60,280 nt of DNA, filler included, from Jimgerdemannia flammicorona (GCA_003990765.1; 2 parts of 2 records of this genome joined end to end with filler, not necessarily neighbours in it); one strand, 5' to 3'; shown: positions 35,526 to 49,845, numbered from the whole stretch's first letter. A program made the numbers and translations. The notes: generated by a model not told the origin, from the sequence alone.

Positions 35526-38500
35526 TCAGCCCCCACTGAAGGATAGTCTGTCTCAGACTGTTCTTCAGTCATCATCCCAGTAAGCATAAGCTGCTTCTGC
35601 ATCTATGCCCATTCCATCATCTTCATTGTCTGTACCAGGATCACTCCATTCTAGCTCTGGATCTTCTTCTTGTTCTTTGGGAAACAGGATGTCCACTTGT
35701 CAAAGAATACTCTAAAAGGTGGTCTTGTTCATTTGATGAATATCATTGAGATAGAAGTGAGACTACACCAGGGCTCCAACATTTCAATTGTACAGGGTGT
35801 AGATTTGCTTGGCAGTTCTTGCTTCTCTGAGAGTAATTCCGGCTGGACTCCTTATGTAAGGTTGTTCTGTCAATAGCTGTCCAATATTGTAGAAGGCTTG
35901 TAGATGGTGGATCTGAAGTAATCTCTGGGCAATGGCAAGGTTCTCTTGATGCTTCTGGATCAATTGTATGGGGGTTCCTTCAAGTTGGTGAAACTGGGGT
36001 AGAGGAATTGGCAGGGCTTGGAAAGAGCTGAGGATGAGGGTCTGGAGGCATTGATCTATCCTCTAAGTCATGGTTTGTGCAAGTATATCTTGAGGTGATT
36101 GATGTGGACTAGAGTTCTCAAGACAAGTCCATCCATGCTTCTTATATAGATGCTGGTTCCTTTGATGTTGTATACAAGATATGGTCCTTCCCATTTTGGT
36201 TCCAGTTTAGTAGCAAAGTTTGTTTCTATCATGCTTCTCCAAACTAGGACTTGATCACCAATCTTGATCTTCTGATCCTTCTGTTTCAGGTCATAATACT
36301 TCTTTTGTCTTTCCTGGGCCTTGATAATCTGAATTCGGGCTTCATTTCACAGCTGATCTTCTTTTTCAAGAAGCTTTCCAAGGTTCTCATGGTCAGCAGT
36401 TCTGGTTTTCTTGGCAAACATCATTTTGAAGAGTTGATGCAGCAGGGGTATTCTGAATTTCCCATAGGATCTCAGGTAAGCAGAGGTCCCAATTGATAGA
36501 ATTAACTTGAGCAAGTCCTTTCTTGATGGTCTGGTTCATCCTTTCTGTCATGCCATTGGTCTGGGGGTGGTATGATGTGGTCTGTTTGAGATGTATCTTA
36601 TGAATTCGAACATAACTTATGATTATATTGTTGATGAATTCTGTACCTCAGTCAGAGATGAGTTCTTCTGGGGGTCTATATCTGAGTGTGAGTTCATGGA
36701 GAAGGCCTACAATAGTTAGGGCATCTGTGATTTCCATTGGAAAAGCCTCAGGCCACTTGGTCAGATATTCCACAAATACAAGGATGTATTTGTTTCTTCT
36801 TAGTGTAACTGGTAGAGGTCCAATTACATCTATTCCCCATCTCTGAAAGATATTGTCTGGTGGTACAATTAGTTGTAGTGGTGCTTGATAGTTCTTCCTT
36901 CCTTGGTACTTCTGGCAGATGTCACATTTCTGAATGATGTCTTGGACTTGTGCTCTGAGGTGGGGCCAATGTTGATATTGTTCTCAAATCTTGTCTTCTG
37001 TACTTATCTGTCCTTGGTGGGCTTTCTGATATTCTTTTCAGATGAGATCTTCTTGTGCCTTGATGGTCTGAGGAGCTTCCTTTAGGGTATAGTTCCTCAG
37101 GACACCCTTCTTCTGGTTCATTGGGGCTGGTGGGAAAGTACATCAACATTGTTGTGAGCTTTCCCTGCTTTGTGGATGATGGTAATTTGGTAATCCTGAA
37201 GGATAAGGATCTATTGGGCTAGAATTCTGGTGGGTTCCTTGCAGTTTAATAACCATTTGAGGGCTGCATGGTCTGTGATCAGGGTGAATCTTTTTCTGAT
37301 GAGATAATGCTTGAACAGGGTGACTGCCCATATGACTGCAAGATATTCCAGTTTAGTGCTACCATAGTTCATCTGCTGCTGATTGGTAGCTCTACTTGCA
37401 TAGGCTATTACATAGTGCTGTTGATTGGGTCCTTCTTGGGCTAGAACTGCTCCTAGGCCATCTTTGGAAGCATCTGTATATAGGATGAATGGCTTCTGTA
37501 GATTGGGGCATACAAGGATTAGTGCTGCAGTCATGTGGCTCTTGAGTTCTTTAAAGGCTTTTTCTTATAATTCTGTCTATTTGAATGATACTCCTTTCTT
37601 GAGAAGGATTCAGATTGGGGCAGCGATTTGGGCAAAGTCCTTGATAAATCTTCTGTAGTAGGATACTAGTATCAGGAATGATAGTGTTTCCTTTAAGGTC
37701 TTGGGTACTGGCCAATTATTGATCTTTTCAGTTTTCTTTGGGTCTGCATGAGTTCCTTCTTTCGAAACTATGAATCCAAGGAATTCAAGTTTCTGTTTCC
37801 CAAAGTAGCATTTCTTTGCATTCAGCCTCAAGTGGTTCTTGCAGGTGAGCTTGAAGAATTCCTCTAGGTGGTGCAGGTATTCTTCGAAATTTGCTGAATA
37901 GATATTGGAATCATCTATGTATACAATCAGGCAGTGGTGGATCAAGGGGTTGTAGACTGAATTCATCATCCTCTGAAAGATGGGGAGTGCATTGCAAAGT
38001 CCAAAGGGCATTCAGAGGTATTCAAATAGTTTTCCTAAAGCAAGGAAGGCTGTCTTTTGAATGTCTTTTGGGTCCATGGGGATTTCATGGAATCCTGTGA
38101 AGAGGTCCATACTGCTGAAGTATCTGGTATCTTATAACTGATCCAGAAGGTCATCAATTCTGGGCAAAGGATAGGCATCCTTTTCAGTGACAGAATTGAG
38201 TTTTCTATAGTCCATGCAGAGTCTCCATCCTCCTTTCTTTGGTACAATAAGTATAGGGCTAGCCCAAGGGCTGGTAGAGGGTTGGATGACTCCATTGACT
38301 AAGAGTTCTTGGATGTACTCCTTTTCAAATATTTTCAAGTGATGGGGTATTCTATAGGGTTTCTGCCAGATGGGTGTTGCATTTCTTGTATTTATACTGT
38401 GGTGATATGATGGATTGTATGGCAGGTTGCCATAATCAGTAGTGAAGATATCTTGATATTTGTTGAGAAGTTCTACTAGTTGTTGTTGTTGTTGAGGTGT

Positions 38501-38916
38501 CAATTCTTCTCCAATGTTGGTGGAAGGCTTCACTGTCTCCTGGGTCGCAGAGGGGCCTTTCCTTTCTTCTGAGACCTTTTGCCATTTCCCAATAGGTTTA
38601 GTTCATAAACTTCCCTATGGGTTTGGTTGAGAAAAGGCACCAGATGTCCTATGATGGTTCCTTTCAGCAAGATGATGGTCTCCTAACTTTGGTTGGTTGC
38701 TCAGGAGTGTACTGGATTCATCTTGTCAGGGAATGTGTATCCCTCTATGTCCAGGTGTGGGATATCTTCCTTGGGTTCAAAGAAAAGGTTTCTGGGGTCA
38801 GGTGGTGCAAAGATTTCGAAGGTAGCTTGTTCTCCAGGCTCCAGGATGAGATTCTTGTGCAGTCTGACTGGTTGCTGGTATACTTATTGAGGAGCATTCT
38901 TCTTGAGGTGGTTGAC

Positions 38917-39345
38917 TTAAAGGAGATATACTTCCTTCTTGTCTGAGCTTCCGAATCCTTTGGCTTGCCTTGTTCCTTCAGTCAGTTCAGATACTTCCTG
39001 TAATTGTGGGGTCCTGACCTTTATGAAGACTGCTTGGGCAATCTTCTGTCCTCTAATAATTCGGTGCCATTCTGCACTACTGTTGTGTAAGATAACCTTG
39101 ATTTCGCCTGTATATCCTGGGTCAATGGTTCCTCCTTCTATGGTTATTCCTTGTCTGGTAAGTCCAGACCTTGAGGTCAATTGGATGTAAGCTCCTTGGG
39201 ATGGCTGCATGGCTAATCCAGTTCTGATCATGAAGGTTTTTCCAGGCTTGATAAATTCATCCTCCAGACTGTGAAGATCATATCCTATATCCTCTGGGTG
39301 GGCTTTGGTTAGGGGTTTGGCCTTGGGATGTAGCAGGGCATACTG
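38917..39345 (-). pseudogene. dUTPase domain within gypsy pol
   Basis: Motifs DIGYDLHS, SRSGL, GTIDPGYTGEI, KIAQAV and RQAKGFGSS. Confidence 0.92.
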
Positions 39346-42300
39346 GGCAATGTTCTTGCTAAGTTCAGGCTTTCCTAAGGCTGAAGCTCCACTAGCAGAG
39401 AGCCTCCAAGCTCTGAGATTGAGGTGTGGCCATCTGGTTCCAGTAGAGGGATCTTAGAGATAATTGATTCCTCTTCTTCCTGTAGGGTCTAGGGCTTCCA
39501 TGAAGTTGGTAGCATCTTCTGCCCATCCTTGGCAGGTTGCATGTCTGATGAGAGCTAGGATATCTTCTCCCAAATCATAGATCTTGAGGATTCTTCTTCC
39601 TGGCTTCTTGGTTCAGCTTTTTTGAATCTGGCCTCTGTTGTCTCCTCTCTTTAAAGTATGGACTGCAACATCATGACTAAGGTGAATCTTCTGATGTCTA
39701 CAGTCTTGGCAGTCAGGGTGTCTTCCATGGTTGTAATATCCCATTGCTTGGAAATGATGTTTCTGGTTATTGATCTCTTATTGTCTTGGGAATTGGTACC
39801 CATCTTGGTCATAGGTGGGTGGAAGGCAAATGGTCTTCCACTCTCCCCAAGACAACTGCTATCAGTGCCATTTACTGGACCAACAGGAGAGACAGAGACC
39901 CCAGAGACCAGACCCCCTAAACACACTTGCACAGTCAACTACCTTTCAAGAAGTTACCACCAAGCTACAAAGCTGATTCAGGGGGCACGGCTTCTTCATG
40001 TGTGGACATCTTCCTAGCTGAAAAGCTTTCTCTTGGTGAGTTTCTTTCTTGGGGATAATGGTGATAGTACTGGGTCCTTCTTCTGTATTCCAAGGGTCAT
40101 TGTCTTTGGGTGGTGTCCAGCAAGGGTCATCCTAGGGAATGAGTTCAGAGACCTCTTCTTCTTCAGGTGCTTCTTGTTCAGGAACTTCTTGGTCAGAAGT
40201 TTCTTCTTCCTCAGATGATTCTTGACCCCAAATTTCTTGTACTTCTGCAGCTTCAGTTGCAGGTGTTTCTGGAACATGTCGGCATTTCTTCTTCTTCCTT
40301 CTGCACTCTGGGCAGGCTGTGCCAGGCGATTTCCTTGTTCCCATGATCTTGGAAGAGTGCTCAGGATACTTGTGTCTCTTGAGGCAGATAGGGCATCCTT
40401 TGGCTTCTCCTGCAATGGCTCTGATGGTGATGGGGATAGTGTTCTTAGCCCATACATTGTCTTCTGGTCTGTCATCCACCAGGTTAATTCGGGGATTGAG
40501 TCTGGGATCATTTCCATCTTCAGATTCTTCCTCTTCTTCTGTGGTAGATTCTTCACTACTGGCATATTCTTCCTGAATAGTGACCTTCTTCTTCTTCTTT
40601 GATTGCTCATAGCTGGTCACCTTAACTCTATACTTCTTGTCTCGGTAATCAAACTTGAGTACTTATTGACCAATATCAACAACTGCATTCATTTCCTTCA
40701 TCCAGTTGGTGCCAAGAATCATGTCATAGGTGACAGCTTTGGTGATAACAGCTTTGAGGATGGAGAACTGAATGTGTCCAAGGGAGATAGTGATATTTCG
40801 TACTTCTCCAAGGGGTTGAGTTCAGGCTCCATCTGTTACTATGATGCTGAGGTTGGATGGTCCATCAATGGGGCATTGGAGGGTGTCCAGGAACCATTTA
40901 GCAATGACACAGACAGCTGCTCCTGTGTCTATGAGGATCTTTGCCTTTTGTCCTCCAATATCTCCATATAGGTAGGTGCTGACATATCTTTCAGCTGCTT
41001 GAACAGAGATGGGAACTGGTTCTTGCTGTGGGATTGGGACTCGGCCAGTGCTAGACCTGGTGGTTCTCAGTAATTTGTTTTGAACTCCAGCTGGTGTCAG
41101 TTGCAGGAACTGCAGGAGGGGAACTTCCATCTTGGCCTCTTGGATCTTCTGCCAGGCTTCATTATAGATATCTCTGGGCATGGTCTTTGGGGAGTATTTT
41201 TTCTTGGACTTTGGGGCAACAGATTCCTATTCTTCTTGTTCCATTTCTTCATCTTCTGGTGGCAGCTCATTTGTTTCTGGGACAAAAGGTGAGGGGGTTT
41301 GGGGAGATGTTTCTACTTGTTCTTCTTCATGTTCTTCATCTTCCTCTTGGATGGTTCTTCTGCTGACATTTCTGAATGGCCTTCCTACAGGTCTCTTCCT
41401 TTTCTCTGCTGGGTAAACTGTTTTCTGGGTGGTAACCTTGGTAGGATACAAGTCTAGGTCACTGTAGTCTTTGCTGTTGCTTGCTTCCTTGAAATCTTCA
41501 ACAGGATGGGCTTCAGTCTTCTTGTACTGAGTATCATTCCTTTGGTTTGGTGGTTCTCAGTCCCTTTGGTCACTTCTTTTGTTATCACATTCAGTGGCAT
41601 AGTGTCTGTATTGTCTACAGTAAAAGCATTAGACTTGGGCTCTGTCTCAGACAGGGTACCTTCTTTCTTCTTGCTGGTAATTCCTGTTATCTCTTGGTGG
41701 ATAACCTTGGCTTCTCTGTAGTGGATATCCTCTGTTATCTTGGTAGCCCCAATTTTCACATGTGGTAAGTTTTTCAATCTGTGCAACCAACTGGTCCAAT
41801 TTGGAGCTGAGGTCTTGAATTTCACTTCTGTCCTTTATTCCTTCCTTGGCTGGCCTTCTTTCTTCAGATATTTCTTATCCTTGAAGCAGTCCTTGTAGGG
41901 CTTTGACCAGGATATCTTCTTTATCTTCTTTCTTGTCATGGTCACTCCAGGTAGTTCCTTGTCTGACATCAAAGAATCCTTGGGCTGCATCTACTTGCTC
42001 TTCAGACCTTCTGATGCCTAGGGTGCGGACATGCTGGGCAATTTTTGGAGGAATTCCATTCATGAAGGTCATTGGACCTATGATGTCCTGGTTGGTGGCA
42101 TTGAACCCAGCAGTATGCATTCTCTTCTGGATTCTTGTGAAAAAGGCTCTGGGTGACTCTCTAAGATTCATCTTCATCTCCATGATGGATTCTTGAGCCT
42201 TGTGGTGGGTTTCATTTCCTGCATACTTTTCAATGAGCCAGTGGACCATGGCCACATATTCTAGCTCATAAGATAGTGCTGCTTGTATCTGTCTTGCTAA

Positions 42301-43040
42301 TTCTGAATCTGGATTGTTTGCTGTTCAATGGAAAATTCCTCTGGCTGGTTCTCTGAGCTGAGCCTTGTAGATGGCAATTTTTCTTTCATCTGAGAGATTC
42401 CTCAGGGCTGTGATTCCTTCAATTCCATCAAGGAATTCTCTGGAGTCTTCCTCTAGATATCCTGCAAAGATTGGCAATGAGGTGGTCATTTTATTGTCAC
42501 TTTCTTCTGATTCTGGTTCAGGTTCAGATTTTGATTCTGATTCACTTTCTGAGCTATCACTAGAGATGGGGGTGCTTGGGTATCTTGAGGATAGTGTTCT
42601 GGACCTTAGACAAGGTGGAATAAGCCTAGGTATTCTTGTAGGAGCTACTTCTCACTCTGCAAGAGGTTGTGGTAAAGGTTCTATTGGGGAGATTGGTGGG
42701 ACTGATATGGGGTGTCTGGCTGTAAGATCTTGGGCTTGTGTAATAAGATCTTCTAGTTCTTGTACAAGTTCTTCAAAATCTCCAACAGGGCCACCTGTGT
42801 TGTCTAGTTGATCTGGTTGGGAATTTTGGGCTGTACTTCCTTCTGGTTGAGATCCTTCTGATGCTGGGTAGTTGGCAAGTCTTGATGTGATTACTTCTCT
42901 TCTTGTTCAAATGCTGGTGATGACTAGTTCTCTTGTAGTGGCAGAGATTAGTATTGTATCAAATGTATCCAGTTTGACTGTGAGTTCTTGTGAGCTGAAA
43001 AGTCACATCGATTTGAAATCTTCCCAGTTGAGCCCCCAAA

Positions 43041-44269
43041 TGTAATGTGCCAGCTTAAATGGAGGCAAATTACAAGGTTGGGGATTGATGTAGTTTGGCT
43101 TGAGCCCCCAGTTACTTTGTCAAAAAGCAACAAAATGTTCTAAGATTCCTGAGGTCCTTGGTGTTTAGTGGTATAATAGTCAAAGCTGGATTTCTGTAAG
43201 AAATTTCCTTATTGGGACGGTTCTCTGGGTGTAGCAGCGATTTGTGTGTAAATGGATTTCCTTCTTGGGTCAACTGGGAATGCCACAATTTTGTGTAGTG
43301 AGGCAATCTCCAAAAGTATGTGATTTCTGGGTGTGGCAGTCTTGTGTAGCACGACGATCTTGATGTGTGACGGTCTGGCAATTTGGTGGTTCTCCTTATG
43401 CGATTTCTGCGTGACGATCTTGGTACAATGATCTCTATGTAGCGCAACGATCTCCAAAAGTATACGATTTCTGGCAGTAGCTCGATTTGGCTTACTGGGA
43501 ATAAACGAATAACTCGAATGGCGTGGATTCAGCTTCAACTGGGAATATGGCAGATAACTTAAAAGCAGCGGATGATGCGGATTCGGCTTCAACTGGGAAT
43601 ACTACTCGGACGACGCGAGTTCTTCCGAATTGGGCTTTTCTGGGAATACGATGGCGCGGATTCTTCTGAATCAGCGGCTTCAACTGGGAAACGGCGGCGA
43701 AGTTCTTTCTTGAACCTAGGCGGCAAACTTCAGGCTTATCTGGCAAGCGAACCAAAACGTAGCAGACTTCTCTTGAAAACGGACTCGTTCTTTGTATCGG
43801 AAAGTGGACCGGAGTGGGAAAGGGGCAAAGCTCACAATCTCTTAGTAGTGGCTGTAGAGCAGGCGTTTCTCCTAAGTGTTGCAATCCAATTCCTTTAGGA
43901 TCAAGTGGCTTTTGGCAGGCGTATCTCTCGAAGTGTAGTAGGCAGACTTGTCTTTTGCTTTGTATTTCGGAACTGAGGTTTATTCACTCTTGTCTCTGGG
44001 GTATTTTATACATTGTGGTTGCTATCTTGGTTGCTATCTGGTTAACTATAGAATGCTATTTATGGGGTGACATTCACTGTCAGGGTGACAGCCACTGTTA
44101 GGGTGACAGTCACTGTCAGGGTGACAGCCACTGTCAGGGGTTTTCCTTTCTTTAGCTATCTGGGTTATTTATACATTTTCCGCAGTAATGGTTGCTGGTT
44201 ACTATGCTATGCTAATGTTCACGTCACCTGGTTGGGTTTCGAGATTGCTACGTTTTGTGGTTTGTCACA
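43041..44269 (-). repeat. 5' LTR of gypsy family B
   Basis: Near-identical to 34319-35525 with one extra ~22-bp repeat unit; adjacent to the PBS. Confidence 0.95.
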
Positions 44270-45628
44270 ATATGTATAATAAATTTTATAAATATTAATA
44301 CTATTACTATAATATCCAAGTTCATTTGTGACAATAGTATATCAGCATAGTAAAGCCTTAAGTTATATGTACAATTAACTCTTCTAAATATTTTAAAAAT
44401 TGTCTAAATAATTAAGCTGAACAATTTCTAGCTAATTGAAAAGGGGGGATTGAGACCTCTGCGTCTCTGCTATCTTACTCATCATTCCAACTACATAAAC
44501 TAGGGCTGCCATACGCCATGTTTTTGAACATCTTACATGGCCTTACCATTGTAACATCGCAGCAGGTATAGTATTCGGCCTGCAGACTCCTCGATGGTTG
44601 TGCGTGGGTGCACTGCCGTTTTCAGATGATCTGCTGCACTGCTCCGGGATGCACTGTCCCGGCGCGAGAGAGCACGTGAGACTTGGTTTACGACACATTC
44701 ACAGCTTCCAAAACCAACTTTGAATAATCCGTGCGCGCGTAGTTCCATTATACAGGAACACCCACGACGGCTTCCGCTTGTGTATTCGAGGCGTTAGAGA
44801 AATGAGGTTTGCGAGTGACGTGTGCACTGCGGGTGAGAGGAGCCTGAATATCATCACCATTAAGTGGTTCCCGTCAAGTCCACTTTGAGACTGGGACGTC
44901 ACTGTCGAAACTGGTGAAAAATGTCGATCGAGGCGTATGGGACATAGTTTACGACGCGCTTGAGTCAGAGGCGCAAGAGAACAGGAAGTTGCTTGGCGAG
45001 TTAACCACCGTAAAGGGCGGCTCTGAAGCAGAGGTCCCGATTGTTTCCTACGACGTGGTCGGCATATTCGAATTGGAAGAGCATGACAGCAAGACAGAAT
45101 GCATATTCTTCACTCTTCATTCCATCTGAAGTAAAGCATTCCATTAATGTGATCGCCACAAACACAAAGTATCCGACATGAATGACTCCTATATAGCTGA
45201 CCATCAGGCGCAAGGTACTATTTGCGAAAGGATAATAATAAATATAGAGGAAAGTATTTTGAGTACTGCCATAGCATAAGCGGATTTAATTCACCGGAAT
45301 TATAATATGCATTATATGGAGATAGTAGGGATAATAGAAACGGGACGCGTAGTTATATTCAATGCATTTGTTGTCACCCTATATTTAGAAAATCGGGTGC
45401 AAGGATGCTTCCCAAAACTAGAGAATTTATGAATGTGAGATTCATAAGTTATGCATGAGTATGTGTTCAAATTATTGATTTCGCTCGCGCAACAAATAGA
45501 TTTGGGAAGCAAAAAATAAAATAAAATAAAATATTTGGAGGGTTTATTGCAAATCGCCGAAGTGTATTACCAATTCGGCGGGTTTGTTCACATCAATATC
45601 TACACTGCACTCACATTTTGCACTCTCT

Positions 45629-46667
45629 TTACAAATACTTCTTCACATAATCCTCGCTTACACTCCACAATCACTCCGTCGCCATTGGATCTCTCGCCTG
45701 TTCTGCCAGCGGGCGCGACACGCTCACATCTTCCGGATACGCTCCGCCTTTGTCCTTGAGCTCGGGTACTGAAATCACCTAAACTTGTGTCGCGGTACCT
45801 TGCGGCACCGTCTTCCAGAAAGCGGCAAAATTGCCCTTGGCATCTACCCACCCTTTCCTTTGCCTCTCCTCCATGTCGATGTGGTGCTGAAGCGGCGTCG
45901 GGATGTCACCGTGGTAGACACTGAAGGCTTCAACACCCATGGAAGCATAGAGCTTATTAAGTTAGTAGGCGAAGAGAATGTTGGAAGTTTTGGATTGGCC
46001 GTACGATTCCCATTTTTCGTAGGAGTGCGTGGTGAAATTTGGATCGGAGACGTTGATACCCTCTGTAGCTGGTGAAACGAATGGAATTAGGGGTAGAAGG
46101 TAGAAGGGGTGAGAAGGAATGATACTTTCAATGTCAATCTTCGACAATGAAAGTAAGGCGGAGAGAGAGAAAACCCATATAAACCAAATATCACTCACCT
46201 AGATTGTGAGCAACGACCACGCGGGTCGGAGCATTGGCTACAACGTTGTCAATCAGGAGTCAAGTGAGGAGGTAGTTAGTGGGCGACATGGTTCGTGCTG
46301 AACTGGGTCTCAAAACCGCCAACGGTCTTGCAAAATGGAGTGGCCATGGTTCCTGGAGACGATGGAAGCTCGGCAACAAAAGTCGATGAAAAGCGTAGTG
46401 ATAACAAAAGAAATTCTCAGCTTACCAGCATTGAGTATTAGCCCGTCCAGCTGCACGCCGGATGCCCTGACGTCTTCAGCCAAGACCTTGACAATGGCGA
46501 AGCTAGACAAGTCCAATTTGTAGTAGGTGATTTCGGCGGAGGGAGTTTCCACCTTGATTTTTGCTCGGCGGCGGTGAGGTCGCGGGCGCCGAAAACAATT
46601 TTGGCACCGTGCTTGACCAAGACACGTACGCTTTCTTCTCCTGTAAAATGCAAAATTTCGGTGTGAA

Positions 46668-46698
<31 letters not shown>

Positions 46699-46818
46699 CG
46701 GATATTGCAAAAGAGAGCATAACACACAAGACCAGAGGTGGCACCTGTAATAAGGAACGTTTTTCCATGTCATCACGGGATCGGCGGTGGGGTGATTGGC
46801 GAAAAGGTGGAACGGCAC
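45629..46818 (-). pseudogene. Short-chain dehydrogenase/reductase (retinol DH/WWOX-like) pseudogene with introns
   Basis: Motifs GKTFLITGATSGLG, KLDLSS, LILNAG, DGFETQF.TNH, YGQSKTSNILF and LWSVSEDYV. Several in-frame stops and frameshifts. Confidence 0.88.
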
Positions 46819-47368
46819 GTCTTATGTTGGAATACACGTGATACAATGTATGATGTCACCCAGAAATACGTAACCTCTTACTGCTCGCATACGCAAGCTC
46901 TTGCACAAAAATACTGCGCCATTGCTTCATTGGTCAGAACTGGAAGGTTGATTACGTCACCCACGGCAAATGGCATAGAGATTGCCTGCATGCCGTTATT
47001 TGCCTCCAAATTTAATTAAAATAAAATACAAAAATGGGAAATTTTAGCATCAACTGGCCGACGGCGCCATTGTATTTGTAGGCATCAGCTTCCAACGACA
47101 CATCGTCCAGCAACGAAACATGTACCGTTTGTCGCAAATCCGACCTTAGGTATTTTATTTCTAGGCGTTTGATTTGGCGAAGTGCACAGATGCGCTGATT
47201 TTACACGAAATGGCTTGCCATACAGCGCCATTCGCAACCAAACCTCGTCAACATCTCGCAGCCTTGGAAGGCTAAAGCACGGCGCTACTCGGGTGTTAAG
47301 CCGACCTTTCGCAAACCTGTTCGATTCGTCCAAAATACTGCACATTAAATGGCTTTTTATACAGCGGC

Positions 47369-47639
47369 CTTGGCAGGCTCATGTTTGATACATCTGATAA
47401 GTGTGATATTTTTCTTTGTATAGTATAGTATATATGTTAGAGAGGTGTCTTTGTCTTTATTATCCACTTTTGCTAGTGGGGCTTATGTGGAATACTTGGG
47501 AAGAGTGGAGAGAAAAAAGAGAGCTGCAGTTGTTTATTGATAGCTTACATGCTTTTATGTATATTGATGACGTTTATATGATAATGTAGTCAGACTGTGC
47601 CACTATATATCAAGTTGCTATAACTAAGATATTTCAACA
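47369..47639 (-). mobile_element. Copia fragment (leader plus LTR) of the same family as 15813-24424
   Basis: Aligns to ~24152-24424, from CTTGGCAGGCTCATGTTTGA to ATTTCAACA. Confidence 0.85.
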
Positions 47640-49690
47640 TATCCAAATACTGTTGATGATTCATTCTTTTGTAATATCTAAGATTGATACTATATTAAAT
47701 ATATTCAGTTTGACTTTTGAGTTCTTATAAGCTAAAAAGTTATATAGATTTTAAGAAAAATCTTCTCAGTTGAACTTCTAAATATAATATGCCTGGCTCA
47801 ATAAAGGTAAATTACAAGGTTGAGCAGCTATGTAGATTAGCTTGAGCTCCTAGTTACTTTATCTAAAAGTAACAAAATGTTTAATAATCTCTTATAGATA
47901 ATTTTGACAGTTTTTCAATTGAGTGCAGTTTTGTATAATAAGGCAAATTCAGCAGATTTCTTAAATAATACAGATTCTATATAATATGATAGATTACTAG
48001 ATGATGGTAATTTCTCAGACTTTATCTAATAAGCAGATCAAAATATAGTAGATTTTAAAGTTGGCAGACTTCTTTGATAAATAAAGTTATATCAGACAAC
48101 TGCTTTATTTATATAAATGAGTTTACTGCAGAAGTGCATCTGACTGACTGGTTTTAGTCAAAGTAGGGTAGACTTCTCTTTTTGGCAGACTTCTCTTTAG
48201 ACTTAATCTAATAAGTAGACTGAAAATATGACAAATTTCTCAAGTTCTTCTAGCTTGGTCTGGTAAGTATATTAAAAATTAGCAGACTTCTTTATATCAG
48301 AAAGAGACTAGAGTGAAAAAGAAAGCTCATTATATTTTAGCAGTAGCTCATTGATAGATATTCTTCTCTTAAGTATATCAGACAATTGACTTTTGCTTTT
48401 GGAACTTTTCAGACTAAGGTTTATTCACTCTTATTACTAAAGTATTTTATAGAGATATAGTTACTAGCTAGTTACTATGTGATTAATTATAAATTTACAG
48501 TAAGGCTAATTTAGAAAGGTATTCTCTCAGAGAACAGATATTCCTTCAGAATACAGATATACTCTCAGAGTATATGTATATTTTAATAGTATAGAATTTG
48601 TCCTAATTTAGTATATTAGACTATTTATATAATAATATATAAAATTAACTATAGAGATAACTATGTTGAATATTTTATATATTATCTAACTATACTATAA
48701 TATTTACTTATTATAATAGACTTGAGTTGCTTGATATATCTTAGCTTATTTCTTACTAGCTTAGTGATATATATTTTCTAGTTTAGATTACTTATAAAAA
48801 ATCTTCTTAAAAATCATTTAATTATTAATTCTTATTCATTTATAAATAGAGATAAATATAATATAATTATACTATCAGATAGTTATATTTTCTCAGAGAA
48901 GAGTAGTAGTAAATTAAACATAATTTCTCTTTTATCTATATAAGCTCAAAGTATTGGTTTAATTGAAAGATTGGATATTAGTAAATAGTTCTTCTTAATA
49001 ATTATCAAAAGTATCTAACTTAAGTAGCTTAAAACTAATTGATATAATTATTAAGTAAGTTACTATAGAGTATAGATATTTTATTTACTGATATTCTAGT
49101 TATGCTTATAGATTTTGAATCTAGTCTATTATACTATTCTGTATTTTTTTTCAGATTTATTATGATTTCTAGATCTATATCTTTAATGGTAATATAACTT
49201 AATTTGACTAGTTTATCTTTATTAACTATTTGAATATATTAATTTTAGTTTTATAAGAGAAAGTAGCTATATCTGAAGATTCTAGTAGGTTTAAAGTAGC
49301 TTGAAGAGATACTGAAGGTTTAAGTATTCTTGAAAAATTTCTAAGAAAAAATATTCTAAGCTTTATTTAAGTAGATGGAATATTTATACAAAATCTAAAA
49401 AAAAAAAAAAAAAAAAAAGGAATCCAGAAAGATCTAAAAAATGAAAAAAAAAAATACTGAGAGAGTACTAAGAGAAGGTCTTGACAAAAGATGACTAATT
49501 AAGTTCTACAATGTTCCAAAGGGCTCTATAACTAGCTAAGATATGATACTTAGTGTCAAAAAAAGACTAGAATGTTCTGGTATCAAGAGAGAATTTCTAA
49601 GCATTCAGAACATTGTGGAATATTCAAGAAACGACAAGAAAAGACTATTGAAAAGATGTGAAAATGAGCTATAACTAAAATTGTTACATA
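47640..49690 (-). mobile_element. Old, heavily mutated relative of gypsy family B (leader, PBS, LTR from 47783) plus further decayed LTR-element DNA
   Basis: 47640-48500 aligns to 42905-44060 (TATAATATGCCTGGCTCAA vs TGTAACGTGCCGGCTCAA) with pervasive C>T/G>A changes. The right boundary is approximate. Confidence 0.7.
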
Positions 49691-49845
49691 TACAATGAGT
49701 TGCTAGAAAATAAAATATTTATATGTATCTCACTCTTTTGTATAAATAAATTTCAAATTACTAATATGAATACAACCGTAACGTGAAGGAAGAAAATACA
49801 ATCTAAATAGCTTGGAACTCGGGCGACGCGAGTCCATGATCAAAG

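Larger units (their letters stand above)
34319..44269 (-). mobile_element. Full-length Ty3/gypsy LTR retrotransposon with dUTPase (family B), disabled by stops and frameshifts
   Basis: LTRs 34319-35525 and 43041-44269 (TG...CA), TSD ATAT, tRNA-Pro-like PBS TGGGGGCTCAACTGGG and PPT GGGGGCTGA. Gag CCHC at ~41600, protease LIDTGA, dUTPase, RT YIDD, RNase H TDAS and integrase follow. Confidence 0.96.

Noticed and set aside
34390..35583. ORFs of 100-217 aa in family-B LTRs
   Set aside because: Non-ATG starts, built from internal tandem repeats, broken differently in the two LTRs, and no similarity to the family-A/C LTR protein.
44500..45230. GC-rich coding-like stretch on the minus strand
   Set aside because: Multiple stops in every frame and no recognisable motif; may be a pseudogene but cannot be supported.
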